A DNA stretch of 63,913 bases, filler included, from Octopus bimaculoides (GCF_001194135.2; 6 parts of 5 records of this genome joined end to end with filler, not necessarily neighbours in it), one strand, 5' to 3'. Positions 1 through 11,442 are shown, numbered from the whole stretch's first letter. The notes: generated by a model from the sequence alone, not told the origin. Made by a program: numbers and translations.

Positions 1-92
1 ATATATACATATATACATATATATATATATACATATATATATACATATATATATACATATATATATACATATATATATACATATATATATAC

Positions 93-123
<31 letters not shown>

Positions 124-146
124 GATATATATATAGATATATATAT
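1..146. repeat. (TA)n/(TATACA)n microsatellite
   Basis: Direct inspection. Confidence 0.95.
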
Positions 147-2434
147 GCCAAAACCTTTCCAGGTAAAGAATCTACCCCACAACATAAACTAGTAGTTAGC
201 GACTTCAGGGTCAGGGCTAAATGGATGCCCAGAAGACAACCAGCATGGAGGAAAAAGGTCTGGAAGCTTAGAGAACCTGCAAGTGGACAGAGATTACTCG
301 AAGCCTTTGAAGAAATAGAAGGGGATGTAGCATCACATGATGTGGAAGGCAACTGGAGGTTTCTACGGGACAACCTGCTGAGGGCCACTGACCAGATCTG
401 TTGATGGTGCAAAGTCCCCTCTCTACCCAAGGTAATGTGGTGTTGGAACAACATTGTTGACAGGGCTATTAGAGAAAAGAAACAGGCTTGGAAGGACTGG
501 AAGAACAGTGGTTCCAGGGAATTGTACCAGACTGCCAGAAGGGAAGCTAGAAGATAGGTTTTATTTAGCCAGACGGGAAGTAGATAAGAAGCAATTTGCC
601 AATGTTCTGTGCCGTGGGGACTAAAGATAAACCTCTGTATCTGGCTTTCGTTGATATGGAGAAAACCTTTCACAGGGATCCCCGATCTCTTATCTGGTGG
701 TCAATGAGGAAACTAGAGATAAATGAATGGTTAGTGACAGCTGTGCAAGCCATGTACAGGGATGCTGTCAGTAAGGTGAGGGTTGGCAACGAGTACAGTG
801 AAGAATTCCGAGTAGGAGTAGGGGTCCACCAAGGATCAGACCTTAGCCCCCTCTTATTTATCATAGTCCTGCAGACGATAACAGAGGAATTCAAGACAGG
901 ATGCCCCTGGGAGTTCCTCTATGCTGATGACCTTGCACTAATTGCTGAGTTACTATCAGAACTGGAGGAAAAGTTTCAGGTGTGGAAGCAAGGATTAGAA
1001 TCGAAGGGCCTTAGAGTCAACCTAGCTAAAATCAAAGTCTTAATAAGCAGGAAGGCAGACAAACCACAAATCCCTTCAGGTAGATGGCCCTGCTCAATCT
1101 GTAGAAAAGGCATAGGTAGAAACTCCATAAGATGTACCCAGTGTAAGCTATGGACATCTAAGTGGTGCAGCAATATCAAAGGGAGGCTAACTGAAAAGAT
1201 AGTTTTTGTATGTGGCAAATGCTTAGGTGCTATAAACACTGAAAATGTGCAGAGAACAGCTTCTGTCACATTCCAGGGAGAAAAACTGAAAGTAGGTGAT
1301 AGCTTCTATTACCTTGGGGACCAAGTCAGTAGCAGGGGTGGATGCTCTGAAAGTGTAGTTGCTAGAATAACAATAGCCTGGACAAAGTTCAGAGAGCTCC
1401 TACCTCTGCTGGCGACAAAGAGCCTCTTGCTCAGAGTAAAAAGTAGACTGTATGACACAGGTGTGCAAACAGCCATGCTACAAGGCAGTGAAACATGGGC
1501 CATGACTCCTGATGACATGCGTAAACTTGCAAGGAATGAAGCCAGTATGCTCCACTGGATGTGTAATGTCAGTGTGCAGACACAACAGAGTGTAAGCGTT
1601 CTGAGAGAAAAGTTGAATTTAAGAAGCATCAGATGTGGTGTGCAAGACAGACGACTGTGCTGGTATGGTCATGTTTTGCGATTCAATGAGGACAACTGTG
1701 TGAAAAAGTGTCACACCCTAGCAGTTGAGGGAACCTGGGATGAGGTGGTAAAGCACAACCTTCAAACATTGGGCCTTACCGAGGCAATGACTAGTGACTG
1801 GGACCTTTGGACATATGCTGTGCTTGAGGATACTCGACAAGCCAAGTGAGATCATAGCGTATGGCCTATGCCAGTGGATGTAACCAGCTCATTTATGAAT
1901 ACCCCTCATTCATTGTACAATGAACTTTGCTTGTGAAGACCTATTGAGGCAAGTGTAAACAAATCACAATCGTTGCCGTAGCCGATGACAGTACCGCCTG
2001 ATTGGCACTCGTGGAATGTTAAAAGCTCATGCGAACGTGATTGTTTCCAGGGCCACGGATTGGCTCCCATGCTGGTGACACGTGAAAAGCAGCATTGAAG
2101 CATGATCGTTGCCAGCGTCGCTTTACCAACACATGTGCTGGTGGCACATGAAAAACAACATTCAAGCATGGTCGTTGCCAGGGATGCCGGACTGGCTCCC
2201 GTGCACGTAGAATGTAAAAATACTTTTTGAGCATGGTCGTTGCCAGAACTGCCTGACTGGCCCTCGTGCTGGTGGCACATCAAAGGCACCCACTACACTC
2301 TCAGAGTGGTTGGCATTAGAAAGGGCATCCAGCTGTAGAAACTAAGCCAGATCAGGTTGAGACTGGTGCAGCCGCTGGCTCACCAGTCCTCAGTCAAACT
2401 GTCCAACCCATGCCAGCATGGAAAGTGGACGAAA
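147..2434 (+). mobile_element. RTE-clade LINE copy 1, 5'-truncated and internally deleted (end of APE endonuclease, partial RT with PHD finger, repeat-rich 3' UTR)
   Basis: QHKLVVSDF (endonuclease end); YLAFVDMEKTF, GVHQGSDLSPLLF, FLYADD, YYLGD, GSETW, RLCWYGHVLR in ORF 596-1849; large deletion near 620; 3' tail GGTTGGCATTAGAAAGGGCATCCAGCTGTAGAAAC...CCCATGCCAGCATGGAAAG. Confidence 0.92.
596..1849 (+). pseudogene. Partial RTE reverse transcriptase reading frame (ORF-track N-terminus is a deletion-junction artefact)
   Basis: RT motifs as above; starts at TTG with no real start context; upstream RT subdomains missing. Confidence 0.85.
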
Positions 2435-2464
2435 AATGATATATATATATACACATATATATAT

Positions 2465-2725
2465 GTGTGACCGAGACCTTTGGAAATAATGCTGTGCGTG
2501 AGAAGACCTGGCAAGCCAAGTGAGACCATAATCCAAGGCCCCTGCCAGGGGTATAACCAGTCCACTTATGCGTACCTTTCCTTCATTCGACAATAAACTC
2601 CGCTTGCGAAGACCTGTTGAGGCAAGTGAAATTGAAATCGAACAAAATTCCACGACTGGTACCTATGCCAACTTCTCCTTCATTGGATACTAAACTCTGC
2701 TTGCAAAGACCTGCTGGGGCAAGTG
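2465..2725 (+). mobile_element. Third fragment of the same RTE family (ORF end and 3' UTR)
   Basis: Closely matches 6655-6925 (GAGAAGACC..GCCAAGTGAGACC..ATCCAAGGCC). Confidence 0.85.
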
Positions 2726-2851
2726 TTCCTTTCTGTTGAAGAGCGTAGGCTCGAAACGTTAAAGACTTTCTCTATTCCCGAGCATTATACTAATACATCC
2801 ATTTGTTGTTTACACCACCTGTCTTTGTTGCTTTTTCGTGAATTCTCCCTA
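2726..2851 (+). mobile_element. Short hammerhead-bearing repeat, family C (PLE pLTR-like), followed by (TA)n
   Basis: Interrupts the RTE UTR; 3' part recurs inverted at 39721-39801. Confidence 0.7.
2729..2764 (+). ncRNA. Minimal type I hammerhead-like motif with variant core CUGUUGA
   Basis: CUUU-CUGUUGA-A-GAGC-GUAG-GCUC-GAAACGU-U-AAAG: 4-bp stem I, 4-bp stem II, palindromic ACGU stem III. Confidence 0.65.
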
Positions 2852-2986
2852 TATATATATATATATATATATATGGCTAAAAGCAACAGTGACATCCACC
2901 CCTAGGGGTCAGCCACACTTAAGTGGCAATATACTACACTTTATCGTGCAGTTACTGTTAATACTTCATTTAGAGAATTGGCATTG

Positions 2987-3025
<39 letters not shown>

Positions 3026-3387
3026 TATTTTNNNNNNNNNNNNNNNNNNNNNNNNNNNNNNNNNNNNNNNNNNNNNNNNNNNNNNNNNNNNNNNNNNNNN
3101 NNNNNNNNNNNNNNNNNNNNNNNNNNNNNNNNNNNNNNNNNNNNNNNNNNNNNNNNNNNNNNNNNNNNNNNNNNNNNNNNNNNNNNNNNNNNNNNNNNNN
3201 NNNNNNNNNNNNNNNNNNNNNNNNNNNNNNNNNNNNNNNNNNNNNNNNNNNATATATATATATATATATATATATGGCTAAAAGCAACAGTGACATCCAC
3301 CCCTAGGGGTCAGCCACACTTAAGTGGCAATATACTACACTTTATCGTGCAGTTACTGTTAATACTTCATTTAGAGAATTGGCATTG

Positions 3388-3426
<39 letters not shown>

Positions 3427-3811
3427 TATTTTACTATTTTACTTGTTTCAGTCATTTGACTGCGGCCATGCTGGAGCACCGCCTTTTTTAGTCGAGCAAA
3501 TCGACCGCAGGACCCATTCTTTGCAAGCCTAGTACTTATTCTATCACTAAGTTACGGGGACGTAAACACACCAGCATCGGTTGTCAAGCGATGTTGTGGG
3601 GACAAACACAGACACACAAACATATACACACACATGCATATATATATACGACAGGCTTCTTTCAGTTTCCGTCTACCAAATCCACTCACAAGGCTTTGGT
3701 CTGCCCGAGGCTATAGTAGAAGACACTTGCCCAAGGTACCACGCAGTGGGAATGAACCCGGAACCATGTGGTTGGTAAGCAAGCTACTTACCACACAGCC
3801 ACTCCTGCGCC
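3427..3811 (-). mobile_element. SINE family A (tRNA head, CORE-like GGGCAAGTGTCTT, internal microsatellite), full length
   Basis: Head GGCGCAGGAGTGGCTGTGTGGTAAG..GGTTCATTCC; tail GCGGTGCTCCAGCATGGCCGCAGTCAAATGACTGAAACAAGTAAAA. Confidence 0.9.
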
Positions 3812-3904
3812 TATATATATATATAAATATATAAATGTATACACATTTATATAAATATATACATCTTTTATTCTTTTTCTCGTTTCAGTCATTTCACTGC
3901 TGCC

Positions 3905-4100
3905 AACTACATGTGAATCGTTGGTGATCCCCCCCCCCCNNNNNNNNNNGGACTTCCCTCTGTCTCCTGTTTCTGAAGAAAAGCTTTGCTCAAAATGTAA
4001 AAGCACCTTTCTTTCCTTCCCTGAGCGTCTGCTAATACATGTACCACCTCCTCGCATTGTGTTTTTTTGTGTTTGTTTTTCGTTTTCTTGGATTTATATA
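3905..4100 (+). mobile_element. Hammerhead-bearing repeat family D, copy 1
   Basis: Homologous to 33755-33950 (-) and 42342-42540 (+); GUUU-CUGAAGA-AAAGC-UUU-GCUC-AAAAUGU (CpG-type decay of GAAACGU). Confidence 0.75.
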
Positions 4101-4104
4101 TATA

Positions 4105-5630
4105 TACTAGCAATATAACCCGACCTTGTCCGGGTGTGACTTATTACGCCATCTACGATAAGTCTTGCTAGGTGAAAATCAACTAAAAAAGAAAGCCTTA
4201 CAACGAAAAAACCCTTATGATGTAAATATGTTCATAATTCAAAACATGATGAAATTAATAGGGAAAGTCTGAAGGCTGTTTTGCGTAAAATTATTAAGCG
4301 TTCGTAAATTTCATCCATCTAATTGGCTATACATATGATATGTGCAAAACAACTTTCTGCGCTGTCCTGATTATACACAGCAGGGTAATCCCTTTTCGCA
4401 GGAGCTAGGACAGCAATTTCTAATGAAGCAATTGCTGGCGATCTGTTGCTACACAGTTCTGCTAGAATTCTATCAGATTGGGCAGAAGAGGTTGATGCAC
4501 CATTTTGCATTATTTTCAAAGTAGCTTCTGGAATGTGGTGAATTGCTGCAGTCTGTTGCTGTCATTTTAAACCTATTGCTTTCTTTCCCCAGCACACTCT
4601 CTTCTTTGGAGGCATAATCTATGTTTATATTAAACAGAACAGCAAAAGTTATAATAGATGGCAGGGTCGGTACTTTTCACATATCTGTAATTTTTCAGAT
4701 TAACACCCTCATGATTACCCAACCCTAATCCTAAACCTAATCCTAACACTAACCCTAAACCCTAAACCCGTAACACTAATCCTAACCATAAACCCTTACC
4801 CTAAACCCCTAGTGAAAATCGGGGTATATTTACAAAACATTGACGAACATGAGTTATATTTTACTGAATGATTGTGTAATTGCACGTGTATGCGTTTCAG
4901 AGAGCGAGAGAGGGGGAGAAAGGAATAGAGGTAGTTAAAAGTTTTCTTATGACGGCTTCTCTTCACTACCTATTACTTCATTAGAAATATACGGATACAC
5001 ATACGCACATAACAGAGAAAAATGAAACAAATATGGACGACTTGCTCCGAAACACCACCGAATGGGGAACACTTCTCAAAAATAATCTGCAGTTGTTTCC
5101 TTCAAAATTCCTACATGCTCGAAATGTACATACATCAAGGTATATTTGTAGAAAATTTCACGAAAAAATATTCATTTTCTTGAAAGTTAAGAGGAATTTA
5201 AGTGGAATTTCCGATAATTGTCCCTCACCCCCCTCCCAAAACACTTTCACCAAAAATTTTTGTATATTCGGAATCTACATAATAAATAATATATGCATAG
5301 AAAATTTCATTAAAAAATATTCATTTTTCTGAAAGTTATGACCTTCCAAAGTCTGTAGTTATGCCACATTGACGAACATGAGTTATATTTCTGTGAATGA
5401 TTGTGTTTAGTTGCACGTGTATGCGTTTGAGAGAGCGAGAGAGGAAGATGGGGAGAATGGGAGCAATGTGTACGTTGTTGTGACAGATCACGTATGTGTG
5501 GTTGTGTGTGTTTTTACGTGTATCAATGTTATGAAAAATAGGTAAAGAATACTGAGAGGAAAGTTTAATCTATGACGTTGTATGTATCACTTTCTCTCGC
5601 TGTTGAGCGCGTGTGTAAGAACGCCGTTCC
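4105..5630 (+). mobile_element. Probable non-autonomous Helitron-like element with internal telomere-like tract and internal duplication
   Basis: Starts TACTAGCAATATAACCCGACCTTGTCCGGG; ~80-bp segment repeated at 4837 and 5366; right boundary uncertain. Confidence 0.45.
4718..4812 (+). repeat. Degenerate (CCCTAA)n telomere-like tract
   Basis: CCCTAATCCTAAACCTAATCCTAACACTAACCCTAAACCCTAAA... Confidence 0.85.
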
Positions 5631-5737
5631 AGGTAGAAGGGAAGAGATATAAAAGTTGCTAGAAACAACAGCCAAATCTCCCTTAAATCACACAAAGTAA
5701 ACAGAATTTTAAAAATCTAATTACTGCACTGGAAAGT

Positions 5738-7287
5738 TGACAGGATGCCCCTGCGAACTCCTCTATGCTGATGACCTTGCACTAATTGCTGAGTCACTAT
5801 CGAACTAGAGGAGAAGCTTCAGGTGTGGAAGCAAGGACTAGAATCGAAGGGCCTCAGAGTCAACCTAGCTAAAACCAAAGTCCTAATAAGTAGGAAGGTA
5901 GACAAAACACAAACCCCTTAAGGTAGATGGCCCTGCTCGATCTGTAGAAAACGCGTAGGCAGAAACTCTATAAGATGCACCAAGTGCAAGCTATGGACAC
6001 ATAAGAGGTGCAGCAATATCAAAGGAAGGTTAACTAAGAAGTTAGTTTTTGTATGTGGCAGATATTCAGGTGCAATAAACACTGTAAATATGCAGAGAAC
6101 AACTTCTGTCTCATTCCAAGGAGAAAAACTACACGTAGCTGATAGCTTCCGCTATCTGGGTGACAAAGTTAGTAATGGGGGAGGGTGTGCTGAAAGTGTA
6201 GCTGCTAGAACAACAATAGCCTGGACAAAATTCAGAGAGCTCTTACCTCTGCTGGCGACAAAGGGCCTCTCACTCAGAATAAAAGGCAGACTGTATGACG
6301 CATGTGTACAAACAGCCATGCTGCATGGCAGTGAAACATGGGCCTTGACTGTTGAAGACATGCGTAAACTTGCAAGGAATGAAGCCAGTATGCTCCACTG
6401 GATGTGTAATGTCAGCGTGCATACACAACAGAGTGTAAGCGTTCTGAGAGAAAAGTTGAATTTAAGAAGCATCAGATGTGATGTGCAAGACAGACAACTG
6501 TGCTGGAATGGTCATGTGCTGCGATTGAATGAGGACAACTGTGTGAAAAAGTGCCACTCCCTAGCAGTTGAGAGAACCTGTGGAAGAGGTAGGCCCAGGA
6601 AGACCTGGGATGATGAGGTGAGGCCCGACCTTCGAACATTGGGCCTCACGGAGGCGATGACTTCTGACTGAAACCTTTGGAAATACGCTGTGCGTGAGAA
6701 GACCCGGCTAGCCAAGTGAGACCTAAATCCAAGGCCTCCGCCAGGGGTGTAGCCAGCCCACTTATGCGTACCTTCCTTCATTGGACACAAAACTCCACTT
6801 GCGAAGAACTGTTGAGGCAAGTGGAATCAGAATCGAAATCGAACCAAATTCAACGACTGGCACCCATGCCAACGTTGTCTCCTTCATTGGACACGAAACT
6901 CGGCTTGTGAAGACCTGTTGGGGCAAGCGAAAGCAAAATCGTGATGGCACCTGTGCCCAGCGTCACTTGTGCCGGTGGCACATGTAAAGACATTTGAGCG
7001 AGATCGTGCTAGTCCCGCTAGACTGGCTCCTGTGCAGGTGGCATGTAAAATACACCATTTCGAGCGTGGCCGTTGCCAGTACCATCTGACTGGCCTTCGT
7101 GCCGGTGGCACATAAAAGCACCCACTACACTCTCAGAGTGGTTGGCGTTAGGAAGGGCATCCAGCTGTAGAAACTCTGCCAAATCAGATTGGAGTCTGGT
7201 GTAGCCATCTGGTTCACCAGTCCTCAAGTCAAATCGTCCAACCCATGCTAGCATGGAAAGTGGATGTTAAACGATGATGATGATGAT
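5738..7287 (+). mobile_element. RTE-clade LINE copy 2, 5'-truncated, intact 3' end with (GAT)n tail
   Basis: LYADD at ~5762, PHD finger 5934-6065, ORF 6090-6671 (FRYLGD, HGSETW, GRGRPRKTW), same 3' tail as copy 1, then GATGATGATGAT. Confidence 0.93.
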
Positions 7288-7333
7288 ATAGATATGTATA
7301 CATATATATACATATGTACATATACATATATAT

Positions 7334-7396
7334 AGGCACAGGAGTGGCTGTGTGGTAAGTAGCTTGCTTACCAACCACATGGTTCCGGGTTCATTC
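7334..7396 (+). mobile_element. SINE family A head, cut by assembly join
   Basis: GGCACAGGAGTGGCTGTGTGGTAAGTAGCTTGCTTACC. Confidence 0.85.
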
Positions 7397-7496
7397 NNNN
7401 NNNNNNNNNNNNNNNNNNNNNNNNNNNNNNNNNNNNNNNNTTAATTAATTAANNNNNNNNNNNNNNNNNNNNNNNNNNNNNNNNNNNNNNNNNNNN
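7397..7496. other. Artificial scaffold join (44N-TTAATTAATTAA-44N)
   Basis: Identical 100-nt structure at 27581-27680, 43601-43700, 48944-49043 and 62450-62549. Confidence 0.95.
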
Positions 7497-7538
<42 letters not shown>

Positions 7539-8029
7539 TAAGTATATATATAAATGTGCATATATACACAAACATTCACACACACACACATATAGGCATG
7601 TGTATTCATGTATATATCTATATAAATGTGTGTGTGCGTGAGTGTGTATGTGTGTGTATGTGTGTATGTGTGATGAAATCACTAAGAAAGAAAAAAAAAA
7701 GAAAAACAAAAGATAAAAATCACGTCCAGAATAATTCTAAATGAATGAAATAGAATAGTTTACTATAGAAATCAAGAAGAAAAAAGGAAGAAAGATAAGC
7801 AAGCAAAAAAGTAAGTAAAAGCAGACGATATAAATAAAGAAGCAGACATCAGGATGCTGATGGAATGTCTATTATTAAGAAGTAATCCATGATAAATATA
7901 AATCAAATGCCATATAAAGAACACATGTTGTACCTTGGGGTTGACTATCGTAGAGGTGACAATCCCTTCTAGATGAAGCTGAGTGGAGTTTGATTTGAAA
8001 GCTTGAAATCTATATCAAAGAAATAATCC

Positions 8030-8198
8030 TTTCTAATAAAAGCACAAGGTTTGAAATTTGCTGGAAGGAATAGCAGATTACATCGACCCCAGTGTTTCAC
8101 TTGTACTTAATTTATCGACCCCGAAAGGAAGAAATTCAAAGTCGACCGCGGCAGAATTTGAACTCAGAACGTAGCAATAAATGAAATATCGCTGCCAG
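8030..8198 (-). mobile_element. SINE family B (tRNA head plus GCCTTTCATCCTTTCGGGGTCGATAAATTAAGTAC central domain), degenerate
   Basis: Matches the better copies at 32117, 39055, 44206 and 52944. Confidence 0.8.
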
Positions 8199-8935
8199 CA
8201 CGCAGCCTTACATCAGAGAAATAATGCAACAGATAAGCACAACTTTATTGTATTAGTAGTATAAAGTTATTTGGTGCCTTGAAAAGAGGACTTCGAAACA
8301 ATAGCTGTTGTGGTAGCAAGTAAAAAGAAATAATCTCTTCTATTTCTAGTTTAAAAAAAATATTTTACTTGTTTTAGTAATTGGACTGCGGAAAAGAGGA
8401 TAGTACACTTAATTTGATGAGCGGAAACTATGTTTAATCATTTAAGCTTCTATCTGTAATGCAAAGAAGTGTCTTTAGTTAAAAAAACACAAAAAGAGAC
8501 AAGGGAAGCAACTTCGAAATTCAAAGAAATTAAAAATTAAATAGAAGGAAGCAGTGAGAGTGAGTTTTATCTTTGGCAAGTGCAGAGACAACTACAAACA
8601 TGTTTCGATATTATTAGATCTCTTCAGTGAAGCCTTACAAGATACTAGAATGACTGAAAACGAAAATTTTGAGGGAAAACAGACTAGTTGCCAAAGTTAT
8701 ACACACTTAACTACAAGTTTTGTAAAAACGTTGTTCCTTGGCGGACAATTTTTATAACGTAGTTGATCATTCTTCATACTATTTGGCAAGATTAGAAATT
8801 TGAATTTGAAATTAACCAATAAAGGAAAATATGCATACACAGCACATATTTGATTTTTTTTCATTTACTATTTAAAATTTCTAGTTAGAGGTAATAACGT
8901 ATAGCACTATTTCATCATTTTTAGAAATCATCAGC

Positions 8936-9091
8936 ATGGAGTGGCCGTGTGGTAAGAAACTTGCTTCCCAACCACATAGTTCCGGATTCAGTCTCACTAT
9001 GTGGCACCATGGGCAAGTGTCTTCTACAATAGCTTCAGGCCGACCAAAGCTTTGTGACTGGATTTGGTAGAAGGAGACTGAAAGAAGCTCG

Positions 9092-9131
<40 letters not shown>

Positions 9132-9253
9132 NNNNNNNNNNNNNNNNNNNNNNNNNNNNNNNNNNNNNNNNNNNNNNNNNAATTCTTCAAGGCGATGCCC
9201 CAGTGTGACTACAGCCAAATGACTGAATCAAGTAAAAGAATAAAATAAAAGAA
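8936..9253 (+). mobile_element. SINE family A, with internal gap
   Basis: Head, CORE-like motif and AAATGACTGAATCAAGTAAAAGAAT tail. Confidence 0.85.
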
Positions 9254-9769
9254 TGACATAACCTAAGGTATATTAATTAAACATTTAATGAAGAGAAGCA
9301 TTTCTGATAGAGTGAAAATAATTAGAGCCAGAAAGAAATTCATGGAATATGTTCTTTTTTCTCTTTTTCTTCATAGAAAGTTAGTTTAGCAATCGACAGA
9401 AAATAAAGTTCTTAGTGTAGACAATAGTCACGCTGTAATACCAGACATTCTGTACTCTTTTGTTAAGAGACCGGGGCCGGTTTTAAGCTAATTCGACAGA
9501 TTTCTTCAAATTGGATCCCGCTCCAAGTGAGAAACCCCCGCGCACATGCTCGAGCGAAGGGCGCTATGGTGAATTTTTAGTAAATCCTTTTTAGTAAATA
9601 ATGGAGACTCAAGTCTTCAACACTTTTTGGCTGGGACTGGCGTGCTACACGAGGCATAAAGCACCAATCTTCAGCTTTTGTAGAGTAGAAGGCCCAACTG
9701 GCAATTTTGTTATTGGGTCCCTCACATCCCAGCAACAACCTTGTAAGAGACTCACGGGGATTTTTATGA

Positions 9770-9880
9770 CATTTATATATATTCCTTTATTATAAGTTCA
9801 AAACAACACAACGGAGGAATCGACGTTAGGTTAAATAATAAATCACGATAGGTGAACTGCGATATGGCGAGGGATTACTG
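9770..9880. mobile_element. Right end of pogo/Tigger-like MITE
   Basis: Ends GCGATATGGCGAGGGATTACTG|TA; homologous to 52290-52365. Confidence 0.65.
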
Positions 9881-10339
9881 TAGATGGAATTGTAAAGCAT
9901 AGAGTCAAGAGGCGTGACAGGTAACAATAGAATGTTTTTTCCATATGATTGCCGTATGATTACAGGTGTTTCGTAAACTTACAATATAATACTAATTTAA
10001 GTAAAATGTTGCTTGATTCTCTGAATCCAAGTTTTCTGCGGCTCTGATGTGTGTGTGTCAATANNNNNNNNNNNNNNNNNNNNNNNNNNNNNNNNNNNNN
10101 NNNNNNNNNNNNNNNNNNNNNNNNNNNNNNNNNNNNNNNNNNNNNNNNNNNNNNNNNNNNNNNNNNNNNNNNNNNNNNNNNNNNNNNNNNNNNNNNNNNN
10201 NNNNNNNNNNNNNNNNNNNNNNNNNNNNNNNNNNNNNNNNNNNNNNNNNNNNNNNNNNNNNNNNNNNNNNNNNNNNNNNNNNNNNNNNNNNNNNNNNNNN
10301 NNNNNNNNNNNNNNATATATATATATATATATATAATGG

Positions 10340-11436
10340 ATTGATCCATGAAATAAGGTTCAACAAAAAGTGTACTCCATGTGGCGAAAGTAAAAATATT
10401 GTTTTATACGATCACCTCACGTGCATAAACCACGCTATTAATAGTGACGAACTATTTGATGTTTCTATGGGATCGTACGACAGTGCAGATATATGTGATC
10501 TAGTGGGATTATATATATATTGGATACACTGAAGCGTAGTTACCCATTTCACGAGGTCTGTTTGCTTCCACGGGTGTGACAGACACACATTGGGTAATTT
10601 CACAAAGCAACTAATCTCTACTTTTAGTCGACTGTGACTAAAAATTACAGTAGCCACTAATCTTTCTGTGGTCGATTATTTGGATGCTTCACTGGATCTA
10701 ATTTCTTCTTATGAACCTCTCCATAAGATAAATAAGAAGAAAAAAACGTATATACATAGGCAGTCTTGCCATCCTCCGGTTATATTTAAAAACTTGATAG
10801 AAAATATTAGCAAAAGAGTGTCTAACCTCTTGTCCTTCAAAGAAATCTTTGACAATGCTGTACCATATTATAACAAGGCTTCGGCTAACAGTGGATTTAA
10901 AGATAAATTAGTTTATAAACCCCCTACTATTAATAGTCAAAATATCAATAGTGATAGAGTAAAACGTATAAATAGGCCAAGAAAGATTATTTGGTTTGCC
11001 CCTCCTTTTTCCCTTAATATAAAAAGAAACATCGGTAAGAGATTCCTTGCGCTCCTTCATAAACACTTTTCGGGAAAACCACAAATACAGGAAATTGTTT
11101 AACAAGAGTTCAGTGAAACTATCATATAGCTGCTGTCCGAATATGAGAAGTATCACCACACGCGGTCAATGACAGAAAAGTGAAACCGGATGTAACTGTC
11201 GCGACCTGGATGCATGTCCGCTTGACAAAGGATGCATGACTACAGCTATTGTATACGGGTTACATCGGGTTATGTGAAGGGGTTTTCAAAAAGCGTTATG
11301 CAAACCATTTATCAATCTTCCGTCATAGTGAGAAAAGTAAAGCCACGAAGTTGTCTAGCTACGTTTGAGACCTGAAGGGGGAAAAATACCATACGTAATT
11401 AAATGGAGGGTGATTGAAAAGTCTGCACAATACGTA
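10340..11436 (+). mobile_element. Penelope-like element (Naiad/Chlamys-type) RT plus GIY-YIG endonuclease, decayed
   Basis: FDVSMGSYDSADICDLVGLYI; VDYLDASLDL; YIHRQSCHPP; RKIIWFAPPFSLNIKRNIGKRFL; CNCRDLDACPLDKGC; YIGLCEGVFKKRYANH; IKWRVIEKS; frameshifts and stops. Confidence 0.85.
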
Positions 11437-11442
11437 AATGAC

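Noticed and set aside
596-1849. 417-aa ORF as an intact host gene or active LINE
   Set aside because: It is an RTE fragment with the upstream RT deleted, a TTG pseudo-start, and a C-terminal deletion relative to copy 2.
1970-2290. ~66-bp repeats as a CRISPR-like array
   Set aside because: Units are homologous along their whole length with no unique spacers, and they lie in a LINE UTR.
2852-3430. Tandem duplication of the 116-bp unit plus (TA)n
   Set aside because: Identical copies on either side of an N gap; most likely unmerged contig overlap.
4718-4812. A real chromosome end
   Set aside because: Short, degenerate and internal to repeat sequence.
7441-7452. Recurrent TTAATTAATTAA as a biological motif
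   Set aside because: Always centred in exactly 44+44 N; an assembly spacer with stops in all six frames.
11340-11380. In-frame TGA in the Naiad GIY-YIG as selenocysteine
   Set aside because: It falls at an expected Trp (SYV*DLK), so TGG to TGA decay is more likely; the Cys motifs use normal codons and no SECIS is visible.
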